From the NCBI RefSeq assembly GCF_018350175.1, contig NC_058368.1, positions 13,766,001 through 13,830,000 on the forward strand: DNA of 64,000 nt, read 5' to 3'. The DNA comes from Felis catus (taxonomy: Eukaryota). The notes below the pieces were generated by a model. The model saw only the letters and a list, made by a program, of their open reading frames with translations. It had not been told where the DNA came from and did no database searches. Below, one piece after another: positions 50,360 through 64,000 of the stretch. Each line of letters begins with the position of its first letter. The stretch's first letter is position 1. The translations under genes were made by a program, and so were the position numbers.

Positions 50360-52480
50360 GCATTTATTGAGCATCTATGAGGTACCAGACTCCATCTAAG
50401 GTTCAAAGGGCATTTGATTTAGTAGAAGACACAGACATGTTAATAAAAAGGTATTTCCACAGCCAGTGATGAGAGCAACATTGTACAATACCAAGTTACA
50501 AACAAACACTCCAAGGTAGAAGGAATTAGATCTAACCTGGAGGTGTACGAAGGCTCCTCAGTGTGATCTTTGACCGAGTCTTTAAGTTAAACAGAGTTTT
50601 CCCTGAAGGTGAGGGTGTAAGAGAACTCTAAGAAGACAAAAAGGTATTCAAAAGTGTAGATGAATGGAGCAATGATAATGTACGCTGGGACTCCAAGTAG
50701 TTCAACATAGACGATAGAGTGCAATGCAGGTAGAAGAGGTGGTGAAGGACTTTGTTTGCCAATCTAAGCCTCTGCACTTCTTTCTATAAGCAAAGGATAG
50801 CTGTTGAAGTATTAAGCAAGGGTCCAATCTGCAAGCAAAGGATAGCTGTTGAAGTATTAAGCAAGGATCCAATCTGCAAGCAAAGGATAGCTGTTGAAGT
50901 ATTAAGCAAGGATCCAATCTGCGGATCAAAATGAGGATTCTGGAGGCAAAGAGGGGGGTAGATTGAATGGGATGTACACTGGGAGGCTAGTTAAACAAGC
51001 AATTGTTAAAGCTCCTATGGGAGACATTGGAGGCCTGACATGATTTTAGACTACAAAAGGGTAGTTTCAAAAAGAAAAGCATTAGACCTTTAAATTTCAA
51101 AATCTGTCGGACTAATGCTGAGGACTACATAAGGCTCGGAGAAAAAGAGAAATAGAGAGGCTTCTTCATAAGGAGACAGGAGAAGGGGTGAGGGTTGCAT
51201 CTATATGCTAAGGCATGCATCGCATGGCATCTAATTGGCAATGATGCCCTTTACCTGGAACTAAAACCTATTACCATGACTTGACTGGAAATAAATGTAG
51301 CAATAAATTCTGATGTTGCAGAAAAAGAAATAGAAAGAAAAAAGAAAAACTCATTTTATATAGGTTAATCTTCTATCACTGGGGCTCAGGTCCTGCTGTT
51401 TAGTAGCAGGACTAAATCTCTCTGTTCCTGTATCTCTTTAGCTGCAAAGGCTCACGCTTGGCCAGTCTCAGAGGCAAGAAGGATATAAACCACCTGTTCA
51501 GCTTTCCTATAATTCCTCCAGGGACCAGAATGAGCATCAGATCCTTTTAGAAAATCACAATATACCAATCTCTTGACCTCAGGAATTCCAAGTCATTGTG
51601 TTCTGAACTTCCCTCTCTTGGCTCCAACCTTGTAAGTCCAGATGGAAAGAACTACTGTGTTAACTCTCCCCATCTGGACCTGAAAGACCCAACTAGGCCC
51701 CCAGCTGCTTGCTGGTCCCCTCAGGATCTGTACTTCAGGAAGCTCATTCTGGATACCAGGTGACGAATTCAAGGGAAACAAGAACACCAAGCAGGCAAGG
51801 GTTGCCTGGACTAGATGGTGGCTATAGCAATGAAGGAAAGAAGATAGATTGGAGAGATGCTTATCAAAATTTTAGGGGCCAATTGAAGGTGGGTGATGAA
51901 GGAGAAGGATGATTCGTCAAGGAAAACTTCCAGGCTTTTGATCTGAACAGTTGGGTAGGTGGTGCTTTCATTTACTGAACTAGAGAAACAGGGCATAGAA
52001 TATTCAATTGTAGACCTTGTGAAGTTGAGGCACCCTTGAGGCCTCTAAATGGAGATGGCTGCTGGTCTGGACGTTCATGTTTGGAGGTCAGCAGAAAAAT
52101 CTGGGGTAAATGATTCTGGTATCACCAGCATATAGATCACAATGCTACCATTCCCCTGGGAGAATGAATTGAGTACAAATAACCAGAACTCAGAGGAAAA
52201 CCCATATTTAAAACATTAGAGAACAAAAGAGTCTTTGGAGAAGAAAAAGAAATTCTACTGGAAGGGACAAGACCAATCAGGAGGGTAAAACGTATAGAAA
52301 AATATAAGGAGCAGTTAACACGGTAAAATACTGCTGAAAAATAAAATAAGATAGTAAGTGAAAAGTGTTCACTCATTTTAGGGACATGGAGGCTACTGGT
52401 GACCTTGGAGAGAGCAGTTTCAATGAAGCAGTAAGAATAGAATACAGATTAGAGAGGAGAAAGAGTGGGAAGAAGAGGAG
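50360..52480 (-). mobile_element. L2 fragments (50360-51050, 51810-52480)
   Basis: catttattgagcatctatg..; ggtgaccttggagagagcagtttca is typical of L2. Confidence 0.6.
50788..50922. repeat. 45-bp minisatellite, 3 copies
   Basis: aagcaaaggatagctgttgaagtattaagcaaggRtccaatctgc at 50788, 50833 and 50878; one substitution in total. Confidence 0.97.
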
Positions 52481-52592
52481 AGACCAAGTATAGAAATGGA
52501 TTCACTAAGTTTGCCTGTCAAGGGGAGGAGAGAGAAAGCACAGGTGGAGAGGGACATGTAATGAAGACAGGGTATAACTGAGGCGATGAGGC

Positions 52593-52642
<50 letters not shown>
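52593..52642. repeat. (TAA)n/(TGA)n microsatellite
   Basis: Read directly; produces the poly-L and poly-Y artefact ORFs. Confidence 0.95.
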
Positions 52643-52810
52643 TGGAGAGCAATTCTAAGGAAGCATGCAAACAAACATGAACAAATGTGGAACAGACCCT
52701 AATAATGGGGCACACGGGACATCAGAGGAAGGGAGCTACTAATGAGCTCGGGTGACTGCAGAGCAAGTACCAACAAGACATGGAAATCAAGAGAGTTGTG
52801 TTCAAATTCT

Positions 52811-53012
52811 TATTTTTTTTTAAGTTTATTTTTGAGAAAGATACAGAGAGCAAGCAGGGAGGGGCAGACAGAGAAGGAGACAGAATCCCAGGCAGGCTCC
52901 ACACTGTCAGCACAGAGCCTGACACAGGGCAGGAACTCAGGAACCCTGAGATCATGACCTGAGCTGAAATCAAGAGTCAGATGCTTAAGCGATCCAGCCG
53001 CCCATGCACCCT
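52811..53012 (-). mobile_element. Can-SINE (older)
   Basis: gagatcatgacctgagctgaaatcaagagtc. Confidence 0.88.
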
Positions 53013-54149
53013 GTGGAGAGTTGGCTTCAAATTCTTGAGCCGGCACTTGCTAATGTTTCCTTATGTGAAAAATGGGGATAATCTTTACCTCTTTGAAATG
53101 ATTCACACAAAAGTGTACTTGCCACAGAGTAAAAATTTAGCACAAATTAGTTTTGTCATTTTTTTTCTTATTTGCAGACTAACATAAAGGAGCAAGAAGA
53201 CTTTAACAGTAGGATATAGGTATGTAAGATATCAAAACCTCACATAAGAAAGAATGTATTTTCATATTTAAAATAAACTAAGGCTGATGTCCTACGATAA
53301 TGTCAATACCTTATATTTCACACCACATTAAAATTTGTTCTGTCATCTCATTTTAGTCACCAAATAAGTCTATGAGGGAAGTAGGACAAGTATTCTTATC
53401 CCTTGTTAAAGATGCAGAAACTGGGGCATGCTGAGATTAGGGAACAGCCCATCCTCAGTTGTTAGCAGTGGAGGCTGGGTTTGAACTGGTTGCTGGAGTT
53501 CAGTGCTTTGTTTAGGGGCCCGTAATATGCAGCTAAAAGCTATGCAGTCTCAGTACCACATCTAGAACAATGTTAAGAGGAAATTATTTGGTACTTACTC
53601 TTCAATTTTTAGAAATGAATACTTTAAGTTTCATTCAGTTGCATTTCATAGCCCCCTACAACAACTAATTCTCTGGTATCGAATCCTCCTTGCCTGTGAG
53701 ACTAACCAAGTGCTTTCCTTTAAAGCCGAGGAGACCTGGAAGTAGAGAAATTTAGTATCCCAGCAGCAGGACCCGAGCCCCAGTGATGGTGTGCAGAAAA
53801 CAATATACTTATCCAAGGATGACACAGCAACCAGAGAGAGGAAGCTTGGTTTAAAACATCCAGAAGAAAGGATTTCTAGCGAAACGAAACTGCAGATGGA
53901 GACAGCTATCAACCCAAGCTGAAGTACTCCTAGTATTACTACTACTGCTATTATTAGATATGTGTCTACTAGATACATATAGATACCTAGGTACGGAAAT
54001 TTATATCTAGGCAGAGGCAGCAGTAATAGGACTACCAACAACAGTTAATGGCAGAACACGGGGCAAGTTAATTTCACCGTACTCTTCATCCCCTGAAAAA
54101 GACACAAAGGGACACAAATCCATGGTTTGTGTTTTTTTGTGTGTTTTAA

Positions 54150-55450
54150 AAAATGAGACCCAAATGAATAACCTGGAAGATCAAGTGGAAGCCATTACTG
54201 AAAAACTTCCATTCAAAGGGCTAGAAATTATGAGAGAAAGCATGAGACTGGCTGGACAGACCTAGGATACATGATGCAAAAATGACAGGGATTCCAGGAA
54301 AAAAGTTACAGACTGATGAGAGATGGTAATTATGCACAGAAAAGAAAACTGATGTCCCTGAGTTGATGGAAGATAACAGATCGGAAGGGCTTGCTGAGTT
54401 CCAAGCAGGATGCACATTTAACATACTCAAGTAAAATTTCTGAACTTAAGAGAAGCTAAAAACAAAGTATTAGAGAGCCTTGAATTCTCATCTCCACATA
54501 ACAGAGGAACCCAGAAAATAATAGATTACTATCACCTAATCTAGAGAGAAAAGGAAACTAACCCAAGAATCCTAAAGTCCCTCAAGATACAACTTACCGG
54601 GAGATTAAAGGAAAGATATTTTCCAAAAAGCAGGAATTCAGATAACTCCCACTGAAAAGAATACTGGAAATACACCTACAACCAAACCACAAATTAATAA
54701 GAGGAAAGACCTCAAGAAAAGGAAAGATGAAGATAAAAGGGAACAGCAGTGATTTTAACCTTGCAACATGCATACTTAAATTTAAATGGATAATAATGGG
54801 GAGTGTTAAATATACCCTAAATAAGGATTCTTAAAAAAAAAACCAGTTATGCTGCAAGTGAAAACCTAACGGTTTGGAAAGTAAAATTTATCTCAACAAA
54901 ACCAAGGAGGTGGGGTGGTAGTGATGAAAGGGGTAAGGTAAAAGTTTTCTGCCTGTTCCATTTATATGGGGGAGACTAGCATGAGAAAAGGAAAAACTTT
55001 CTAAAATGCCTGTTGGATTGGGGCAAAAGTCTTGGGGTAATTGGGGGAAATAATTTCTTATTCTCATACAATAATATACAAATAGGCATTTGTGAGTGTT
55101 GAGAGATGTATAACTACTAGCTGAATGGAAAACTTCAGGAGGACTTCTAAATTGATGCAAGGGGCAGGGGTGAGAAGGCAATTAATAGTAACATCACCAA
55201 GTCACCAAAAAATAAGGAAAAGGAATAAAGAAATCTTAGAATAAATTAACAGTTACCACAGTAAGATAAAAGAATAAAGTATGATAACGATATGATATAA
55301 AAATCTGTAGAAAAATATAAAACATGAATTGAGAGGCAAAAATTCTTATTAAAATATTAACAAATAGATTTCAGCATTGTACCAAAAGAAAACAATTCCC
55401 TATGATAAAGTAGTATTTACTCTATGATATCAAGAATTGTTCAAAATCAT
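54150..55450 (+). mobile_element. Ancient L1M/HAL1-like ORF1 and ORF2 relic
   Basis: ORF1-like A-rich text (ctggaagatcaagtggaag.., gggattccaggaaa) and RT-start-like text near 55330-55450. Confidence 0.55.
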
Positions 55451-55560
55451 GTTTGAGCCTTGTGTCAGACTCTGTGCTGACAGCACAGAGCCTGCTTCAG
55501 ATACTTTATCTACCTCTCTCTGCCCCTTTCCTCCCCTCTCTCTCAAAAATAGACAGTAAA
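55451..55560 (+). mobile_element. 5'-truncated Can-SINE directly abutting the truncated L1
   Basis: gtttgagccttgtgtcagactctgtgctgacagc..ctctctcaaaaat; the A-box head is missing. Confidence 0.85.
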
Positions 55561-56815
55561 AAAAGAACGAATTGGTTAACCAAGAGATTAAAGAAGAAAT
55601 AAAAAATTACATGGAGACCAATGAAAATGAAAACATAATAGTCCAAAACCTTTGGGATGCAACAAAGGCGGTCAAAGGAGGGAAATATATAGCAATCCAG
55701 GCCTTCCTGAGGAAGGAAGAAATGTCTCAAATACACAACCCATCCTTACATCTAAAGGATCTGGAAAAAGAACATCAAATAACCCCAAAACCAGCAGAAG
55801 AAGTAAATAATAGATTAGAGCAGAAATGAATGATATTGAAATTAAAAAAAAAAATAGAACAGATCAACAAAATTAGGAGCTGGTTCTTTGAAAGAATTAA
55901 CAGAATTGATAAACCCCTAGCCAGACCTATCAAAAAGAAAAAGAAAATGACCCAAATACATAAAATCATGAATGAAAGAGGACAGATCACAACCAACACT
56001 GCAGAAATACAATTATAAGAGAATATTATCATCAATTATATGCCAAAAAATAGTGCAATGTGGAAGAAATGGATAAATTCCTAGAAACATATAAACTACC
56101 AAAACTGAAACAGGAAGAAATGGGAAATTTGAACAGACCCATAACCAGCAAAGAAATTGAATCAATAATAAAAAATCTGCCAACAAACAAGAGTCCTGGG
56201 CTTCCCAGGGGAATCCTACCAGACATAATAGAAGAGTTAATTTAAAGAACAGTCAAACTGTTCCAAAAAATAGAAATGGAAGGAATGTGTCCAAACTCAT
56301 TCTATAAAGCCAGCATTACCTTGATTCCAAAGACAGACAAAGACCCCACTAAAAAGGAGAAATGCAGGCATTCAAGAAATACATGGATGCAAAAATTGTC
56401 AACGAGATACTACCAAATTGAATTCAACAATACATTAAAAGAATACATTATTCACCATTATCAAGTGGGATTTATTCCTGGGCTGTAGGGGTGGTTCAAT
56501 ATCCACGACTCAATCAATGTGATACACCACATTAATAAAAGAAAGGATAAGCATCACATGATCCTCTCAGTACATGCAGAAAAAGCATTTGACAAAATGC
56601 AACATTCTTTCTTGATAAAAACCCTCAAGAAAGCAGGGATAGAAGGAACATACCTCAACACCATAAAGGCCATATATGAAAGACCTAAAGCTAATTTCAT
56701 CTTCAATGGGGAAAAACTGAGAGCTTTCTCCCTAAGGTTAGAAACATGACAGGGATGCCCACTCTCAAATACTGTTGTTCAACATAGTACTGGAAGTCCT
56801 AGCTTCAGCAATCAG

Positions 56816-56852
<37 letters not shown>

Positions 56853-58586
56853 AATAAAAGGCATACAAATTGCAAGGAAGAAGTCAAACTTCCACTCTTC
56901 GCAGACTATGTGATAGTTCACATGAAAAACCCAAAAGACTCCACCAAAAAATTGCTAGAACTGATACACGAATTCAGCAAAGTCACAGGATATAAAATCA
57001 ATGTACAGAAATCTGTTGTATTTCTTATACATCAATAATGAAGCAGCAGAAAGAGAAATCAAGGAATACAGAAAAGACTCCGAACAGCCAAAGTAATGTT
57101 GAAAAAGAAAGGCAAAGCTGGAGGCATCACAATTCTGGACTTCAAGCTGTATTACAAAACTGTAATCATCAAGACAGTATGGTACTGGCACAAAAACAGA
57201 CACATAGATCAATGGGACAGGATAGAGAACCCACAAATGGACCCACCGACGTATGGCCAACTCATCTTCAACAAAGCAGGAAAGAATATCCAGTGGAAAA
57301 AAAAATCTCTTCAGCAAATGGTGTTGAGCAAACTGCACAGCAACATGCAGAAGAATTAATCTGGACCACTTTCTTACACCGTACACAAAAATAAACTCAA
57401 AATGGATGAAAAAGCTAAATGTGAGACAGGAAACCATCAAAACCCTAGAGGAGAAAACAGGCAACAACCACTTTGACCTCAGCTGCAGCAACTTCTTACT
57501 TGACATGTCTCCAGAGGCAAGGGAAACAAAAGCAAAATTAAACAATTGGTACCTCATCAAGATAAAAACCTTCTGCACAGTGAAGGGAACAATCAGCAAA
57601 ACTAAAAGGCAACAGGTGGAATGGGAGAAGATATTTGCAAATGACCTATCAGATAAAGGGTTAGTATCTAGAATCTATAAAGAACTTATCAAACTCAACA
57701 CACAAAAAACAAGTAATCCAGTGAAATGGGGAAAAGAATAGACAATTTTCCAGAGAAGACTTCCAGATGGCTAACAAACACATGAAAAGATGCCCAACAT
57801 CACTCATCATCAGGGAAATACAAGTCAAAACCACAATGAGATACGACCCCACACCTGTCACAATGGCTAAAATTAACTCAGTATATGACAAATATTGGAG
57901 ACGATGCAGAGAAGGGTGAACACTTTTGCGCTGCCGGTAGGAATGCAAACTGGTACAGCCACTCTGGAAAACAATATGGAGGTTCCTCAAAAAATTAAAA
58001 AAAGAACTACCCTAAAACCCAGCAATTACACTACTAGATATTTATCCAAAGGATACAAAAATGCTGATTCGAAGGGGCACCTGCACCCCAATGTTTATAG
58101 CAGTGCTATCAACAATAGCCAAATTAGGGAAAGAGCCCAAATGTCCATGGATTGATGAATGGATAAAGTAGATGTGACATATATACACACAATGGAATAT
58201 TACTCGGTGATCAAAAATAAAATCTTGTCATTTGCAACAACGTGGATGGAACCAGAGTGTATTATGCTAAGCAAAATAAGTCAGTCAGAGAAAGACAAAT
58301 ATATGATTTCACACATTTGTAGAATTTAAGAAACAAAACAGATGTAAACAGAAGGGAAGAAAAAATAAAATAAAATAAAAACAGAGAGGGAGGCAAACCA
58401 TATGAGACTCAAATATAGAGAACAAGCTGGTTGCTGGAGGGGAGGTGGGTGGGGGGATGGGTTATATGGGTGATGGGCATTGAGGAGGACTCTTGTTGGG
58501 ATGAGCACTAGGTGTTGTATGGAAGTGATGAATTACTGAATTCTACTCCTGAAACCAATAGTACATTGTGTGTTGACTAACTTGAA

Positions 58587-58626
<40 letters not shown>
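55561..58626 (+). mobile_element. 5'-truncated LINE-1 of an older carnivore/felid subfamily, with internal deletion
   Basis: ORF2 fragments NQEIKEEIK.., [19 protein letters not shown]. Colinear with 20745-23800 of the full-length L1 but has a different 3'UTR; (taaa)n tail 58588-58626. Confidence 0.93.
56817..56852. repeat. (CAA)n microsatellite inside L1 ORF2
   Basis: Read directly; produces the poly-Q in ORF 56775-57038. Confidence 0.95.
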
Positions 58627-59100
58627 AGACAGCAAAGATGAATTAATGTCCAAGAATAATGAGGAAAGTCATTTATAAGGAAAATCAAGATGAGGATTTG
58701 CCCAACTGGATATAAAAATATATAATAAAGCCACTGTAATTAAATAGTATAGTATTGACACAGAAATGGAGAAATATATCAGTGGAATAGAAGAAAAAAA
58801 TCCTAAAATACATACTAATATGTTGGAGATTTTAATCTATTATAAAGATAGTGTTTTGATTCTGTGAAAAAGGTATAGCTTAAACAATGAATAATGTCAC
58901 ATTTATTATCCATCTGAAAGAAATAAAGACCCCTATCTCATACAATCCTGAAGCAGAATTCTGAATTGGATAAAAAACTTACATGTAAAAATAATAACTC
59001 TTTTATAAAAAGGAAAATTCAGGGTTGGGAAGACTTTAAACCAAGTAGAAAGCCCAAAGCTCCAAAGCTCTAAAAGTAAAGACAGATATATTTAACTAAG

Positions 59101-59575
<475 letters not shown>

Positions 59576-60209
59576 GATTAATATCTTCATTTAACAAAGA
59601 TCTCACAGAAATTTGTAAAAACATAAAAGGGAAGCAATAAGAATAGACAATTCTCAGAAAGGCAAATTAAATCATTAGTATGCACATGAAAGGAGGTTTA
59701 ACCTCCATAGAAGTCAGGGAAATATAACTTAACTAACAATCACGTAATTAACAATAATTTAAAATGATGATGATATCTGCTGTTGTTAGGGATCCCATAA
59801 AAAGTTACCTTCAAACAAATTGGTAAAAATACAAATTGTTATACTATTTGGGGAAAACAACTGGTATGTCTATTAAAATTTAAAATACACATGTGTTAGG
59901 TCCAGCAGCAGCAATCCTAGAAAACAAAAATTTCCAGCATATATAAGAATTGATGTTTATGTAACACTGTTTTAGTGGCAAAGATGGGAACAAAGAAAGA
60001 TCCAACCATTCAGGAATAGCTGAACAACTTGCAGTGCATCTACAATACAGAATACTGTGCAAACCATTGAAAGAATGACTTAGATCTTCACTAATTGATT
60101 GGAGGGATGCCCAATATATATAGTCAAATGAGGAAAGCATGGTGAAACTACATATAATAGAAATGTATCATTAAGAAATGATATCATACCTTAAAATGAA
60201 AATGACTCT

Positions 60210-60259
60210 CCGAAAACCCTGGTATATATACCCGAAAACCCTGGTATATATACATACAT

Positions 60260-60314
<55 letters not shown>
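60210..60314. repeat. 22-bp tandem duplication followed by (CA)n(GA)n microsatellite
   Basis: ccgaaaaccctggtatatatac at 60210-60231 and 60232-60253. Confidence 0.95.
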
Positions 60315-60317
<3 letters not shown>

Positions 60318-61689
60318 TTTATGTATTTCTTACAGCTCCTCTAGCCTCTGCACATGATATTCCCTGCTTGGAATACACTTCCCTCCAATTCTCTCGTTTC
60401 CATGCCCACAGTCAGGCTACTTTCTCAGGAAGGCTTCCCTAGTCCCCAAGTTGAGGTTATATCCCCCTCTTTTTTGCCTCCTTACGTCTTCTCCCTAAGT
60501 CACAGATCTCCTGACATGTTATAATAATTATTTAAATTATCTTTCCCACTAATGTATGCTTGTACAAACAGGGACTGTCTACCTTTTTCACTGCCAGCTT
60601 CTGGCATAGCTTCTAACATGTACTAGGGGCTCAAAGCTCAACCAATACTGACTGAATGATCTCAAGGATATAGTCAACATCATTTACTTCATATGTATCT
60701 TCCTCTACTTCTCGAGATTGGAGTCTAGAGTCTATTGCAGGGACTATTTATTGAGTGAGTATATGAATAGATGACCAGGGGTATCATAGTTATGATACAA
60801 GAAAGATCTAGATACTACCTACAGTAGACTTAGATAATATTCAAGTTGTAGGCACTTATGGTGTATAAGACAATAGGAGGACTTGTAAGGACTGGGATGC
60901 ATCATACTTAAGTCTGACTTGAGACAAATTTATTATATCATTTTTCCTCTGTAAATCACTTGAATGTTGAGGGATGAATATACTTAGAACTAGAGCTATT
61001 ACTGAAGACACAGGTTTACACAACCCTATATAGCCTGTGACAACCCATCCCCACCACCATGTGAAGTTGCTTAGAGAAGTCATGGACAATGGACCCAAAT
61101 CTGTCTAATTTTATTCTCTTTCTTAAATTTGAACTTGGGAATCTGAGAGACTGTGGGGCCAAAGAACATACAAAATCATGGCCAAGCCATTGCTATAGCA
61201 GGACGAAGCCAATGACAAACATACCTTGAGAGAACAGAAGTGCCCATGCATAACATAAAGAAGCAGATAAATGGAGCAAGCGTGCAGGGATGACAGATTA
61301 TTTAGTACCATAGAGATGGAGAGAGCAGCCTCATTTATCTATCTATCCATTCAAATATTTGCTGAACCTACTAGGATCTCTGTTACCATAGATGTGGAGG
61401 ATTCAACAGCAAATGAGACAATAAAAGTCTATGCTTTCCTGGGGCTTGAAGTCCTACAGAAAGGAGTGGTAGAAAGTGATTATGATGAAGTTTCACAAAT
61501 GTTATGATAGGCAAAGTTCAGGACGCTATGGGAACATAAAACTGGGGAACCCAACCTGATCTAGCCCTAGGTCAGACTTTCCAGATCCAGTCCTTTTGTG
61601 GCCCAGTTGTATCTTATTTCGTGCCTTTTGATATCTGTGAGATTCCTCTTTATCTCTTCAAGAATATGATCTATTTTCATTTGAACCAG

Positions 61690-62090
61690 CATACTAAGTA
61701 TCTGATACATTTTGTTCCCCCCATAATCTTTCAAATGCTGTCATTTTAGGAACTGTCCTTTCTTCTCCAGGTGATACAGAATCATTTTGTGGGGACTGAT
61801 AGAATTGAGAGGGTCTCTGTCTTGGGATCTCAGGCACAAAAATCCTGATAAGGTGGGAGCTGCTGGGACCATTCTTGCCACACTTGGAAAGGGCTTGCCT
61901 GAGCATGAAGACACCACAGAGGATAGCAGAGCCAAGAGGCTCTGAAAGAGACAAAGATTCCTGATGACATCTTTTTAAGAGTCTCTAAGTCTTTCTAGTT
62001 ACATGGGCCAATAAATTCGTTTGTTTCTAAAATTAAATGAGTTGCTTTCTGTCATAACTAAAAGCATCCTCATTAATACAGATATTCTGA
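61690..62090 (+). mobile_element. MLT1-type LTR relic
   Basis: ggagctgctgggaccattcttgcc..ttacatgggccaataaattc..ctaaaagcatcctcattaataca. Confidence 0.65.
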
Positions 62091-63301
62091 ATAAATTTCT
62101 GTTCCATGCACACATCATCCGTGACCAAGATAGTTTAGTGGGTTTGGGGATGGGGAGGACAAAATTGACTTGTCCCTGTCCTATCTTCCCCGGCTGTTCC
62201 CCAGGTTGTAATAACTCATTTGTGTAATACTTTATGTGACAGTTCCTCACATGGTTTCCTCTGGCCCTCCTGCTATTTCTGTGAAGCGGGTATTATTATC
62301 CCCATTTTGTAGTGGTGTTCCAAGGCTGATCAGCTACAAAGTGACTGGTTTGGTACCTGGAATGTCATTCTGGCACCACTCCACATTCCTCTGCTCTGAT
62401 TCCTGCTCCCTCTGAATCCTGTCCCCCATGCCAGTGCCACCGTCATCAGCCTCCAGCTCCAGCCCCAGTCCCTCGAGTTACCAAATGGAAAATGCTCACA
62501 GGAAAATTAAGAATTTAATTATCTTTCTTGAAGAATCAGAATCACAGCATAAATTTTATTGCTCAGCTAGAGTTTAATTTTAACATGCAAATTTTTGATA
62601 AGTTAATACCATAATCAGATTTTTCAAGAACCTTAAATCATGCCAAATTTTTCTTTTTTTGATGCAGTGGATAAATGCATATTTTTTGAAATTTGGCAAA
62701 AATATCTGGAAATAGTTACAGCAACAACACACATAGGTATCCATCAAATGATAGGAATACCATTTCTATCCAGATTCTTTCTTCTCTTAAATATACCAGA
62801 GTCCTCAGCAAAAAATAAAACACAGAAAACTGCAGCTATGTACTTTTTAAATCAAAAATATCCTGTACTTCTATGAGATTGGTCCTTAAAGCTATAGGAT
62901 ACAGGGGACAGAAATAATTTTGTGCTCCATACCCTAAAATATACCAAAGAAATAATAAATTTGGATTGGAACATTTAAAATACTATTTATTTTAATATTT
63001 CACTGATGATTAAATTTATGTTAACATTCACCACACTTTATTTTCTTTATTTTCTTGACAACCTAATAAAACTAACCTATCTCTTTTAAACTCCATTATA
63101 TTTTTGGTCACTCAGAATTCCATTTGGGATACAGTCTTGTTTTTTTGTGTCCATCTTTGAGGAATGATACCAACAGTTTTGTACCTGCCAGCCCTCCACT
63201 AAGTCACCTGCTAAAATAAGCCAGAGGCCATCACCACTCAATACATTTTTACTTCAATGAGCTATTAACTAAAGCTTTATTTTAAAGTAGAAGTATTGCC
63301 A

Positions 63302-63510
63302 GGGAGCCTGGGTGGCTCAGTAGGTTGAACGTCCGACTTTGGCTCAGGTCATGATCTCACAGCTCATGAGTTCGACCCCCACGTCAGGCTCTGTGCTGAC
63401 AGCTCGGAGCCTGGAGCCTGCTTCGGATTCTGTGCCTTCCTCTCTCTCTGCCACAACCCACTCACGTTCTGTCTCTGTCTCTCTCAAAAATAAATAAACA
63501 TTAAAAAAAA
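63302..63510 (+). mobile_element. Can-SINE
   Basis: TSD ttaaagYaKaagtattRcca. Confidence 0.93.
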
Positions 63511-64000
63511 TTAAAGCATAAGTATTACCATTTGTTGCCTGGAAGGTGGACTGGTATCATTTATCAAGTCTTAACATTTGTGTTCATGAACCAGAATTTC
63601 TTCATTAAAATATTAGTATAGGAAGCGAAAAAAACAATTCTAGAATTTTTTTTCCAAGGCCATTCAGAAACCCTATTTTTTTGGTTCTTATAAGATAAAT
63701 CTATTTAAGGATTTTTCTGAACTTCTATCTCACACAAAGATTAAGCGTGAAATAATATACCGAGACAGTAGACTCAATTCTGTGTGCAAAGTAACTGTCT
63801 ATGCAATATGATATTGAAGATTCCCCATCTCTCAAAATTGAAATCACTTAATCTTGCTGAGAGCAGGCACTTTTGTACCTCCTTGCGTTATCACTGTCAA
63901 CTGATAACAACTGCTAATCTGGTCACGGATTAACAAATCAGATATCCTATTAGCATGGAACACTAAAGGAATGGAACAGAGAATCAATGAGTTTCGATAG

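Noticed and set aside
50788..50922. 45-bp repeats as a CRISPR-like array or repeat protein
   Set aside because: Head-to-tail copies with no spacers, inside an L2 relic.
52420..52715. Poly-Leu/poly-Tyr membrane peptides
   Set aside because: Translation of a (TAA)n microsatellite.
53700..53925. Exon-like purine-rich stretch after actaac..tttaaag
   Set aside because: All frames from the acceptor hit early stops, no donor is visible, and it may be the 5' part of the old L1 relic.
56775..57038. Poly-glutamine protein
   Set aside because: (CAA)n expansion within dead L1 ORF2.
56955..57599. 214-aa minus-strand hydrophobic ORF
   Set aside because: Antisense frame of L1 ORF2, a common artefact.

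Overview
Mammalian nuclear DNA, almost certainly from a cat-family (felid) genome: it carries about 24 tRNA-derived Can-SINEs of the SINEC_Fc type and carnivore LINE-1s. The window is AT-rich and dominated by transposable elements, and looks intronic or intergenic. The main element is a full-length ~7.2 kb LINE-1 (16894-24090, +) with an 18-bp TSD, a YY1 site, a ~2.1 kb 5'UTR with three tandem monomers, and disrupted ORF1/ORF2. Also present are a 5'-truncated, internally deleted L1 (~55561-58626), several older L1/L2/MIR/MLT/DNA-transposon relics, nested insertion stacks, microsatellites and a 45-bp x3 minisatellite. I recognise no host protein-coding gene, RNA gene, CRISPR array or prokaryotic system; almost all listed ORFs are L1 fragments or repeat artefacts. 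I found no evidence for a new biological system. The best leads are modest: exon-like splice cassettes in unique DNA (including a 10-nt microexon-like unit), a diverged A..AB..B mosaic duplication, and templated-insertion scars. Repeat family names come from recalled consensus sequences and need RepeatMasker/Dfam confirmation.
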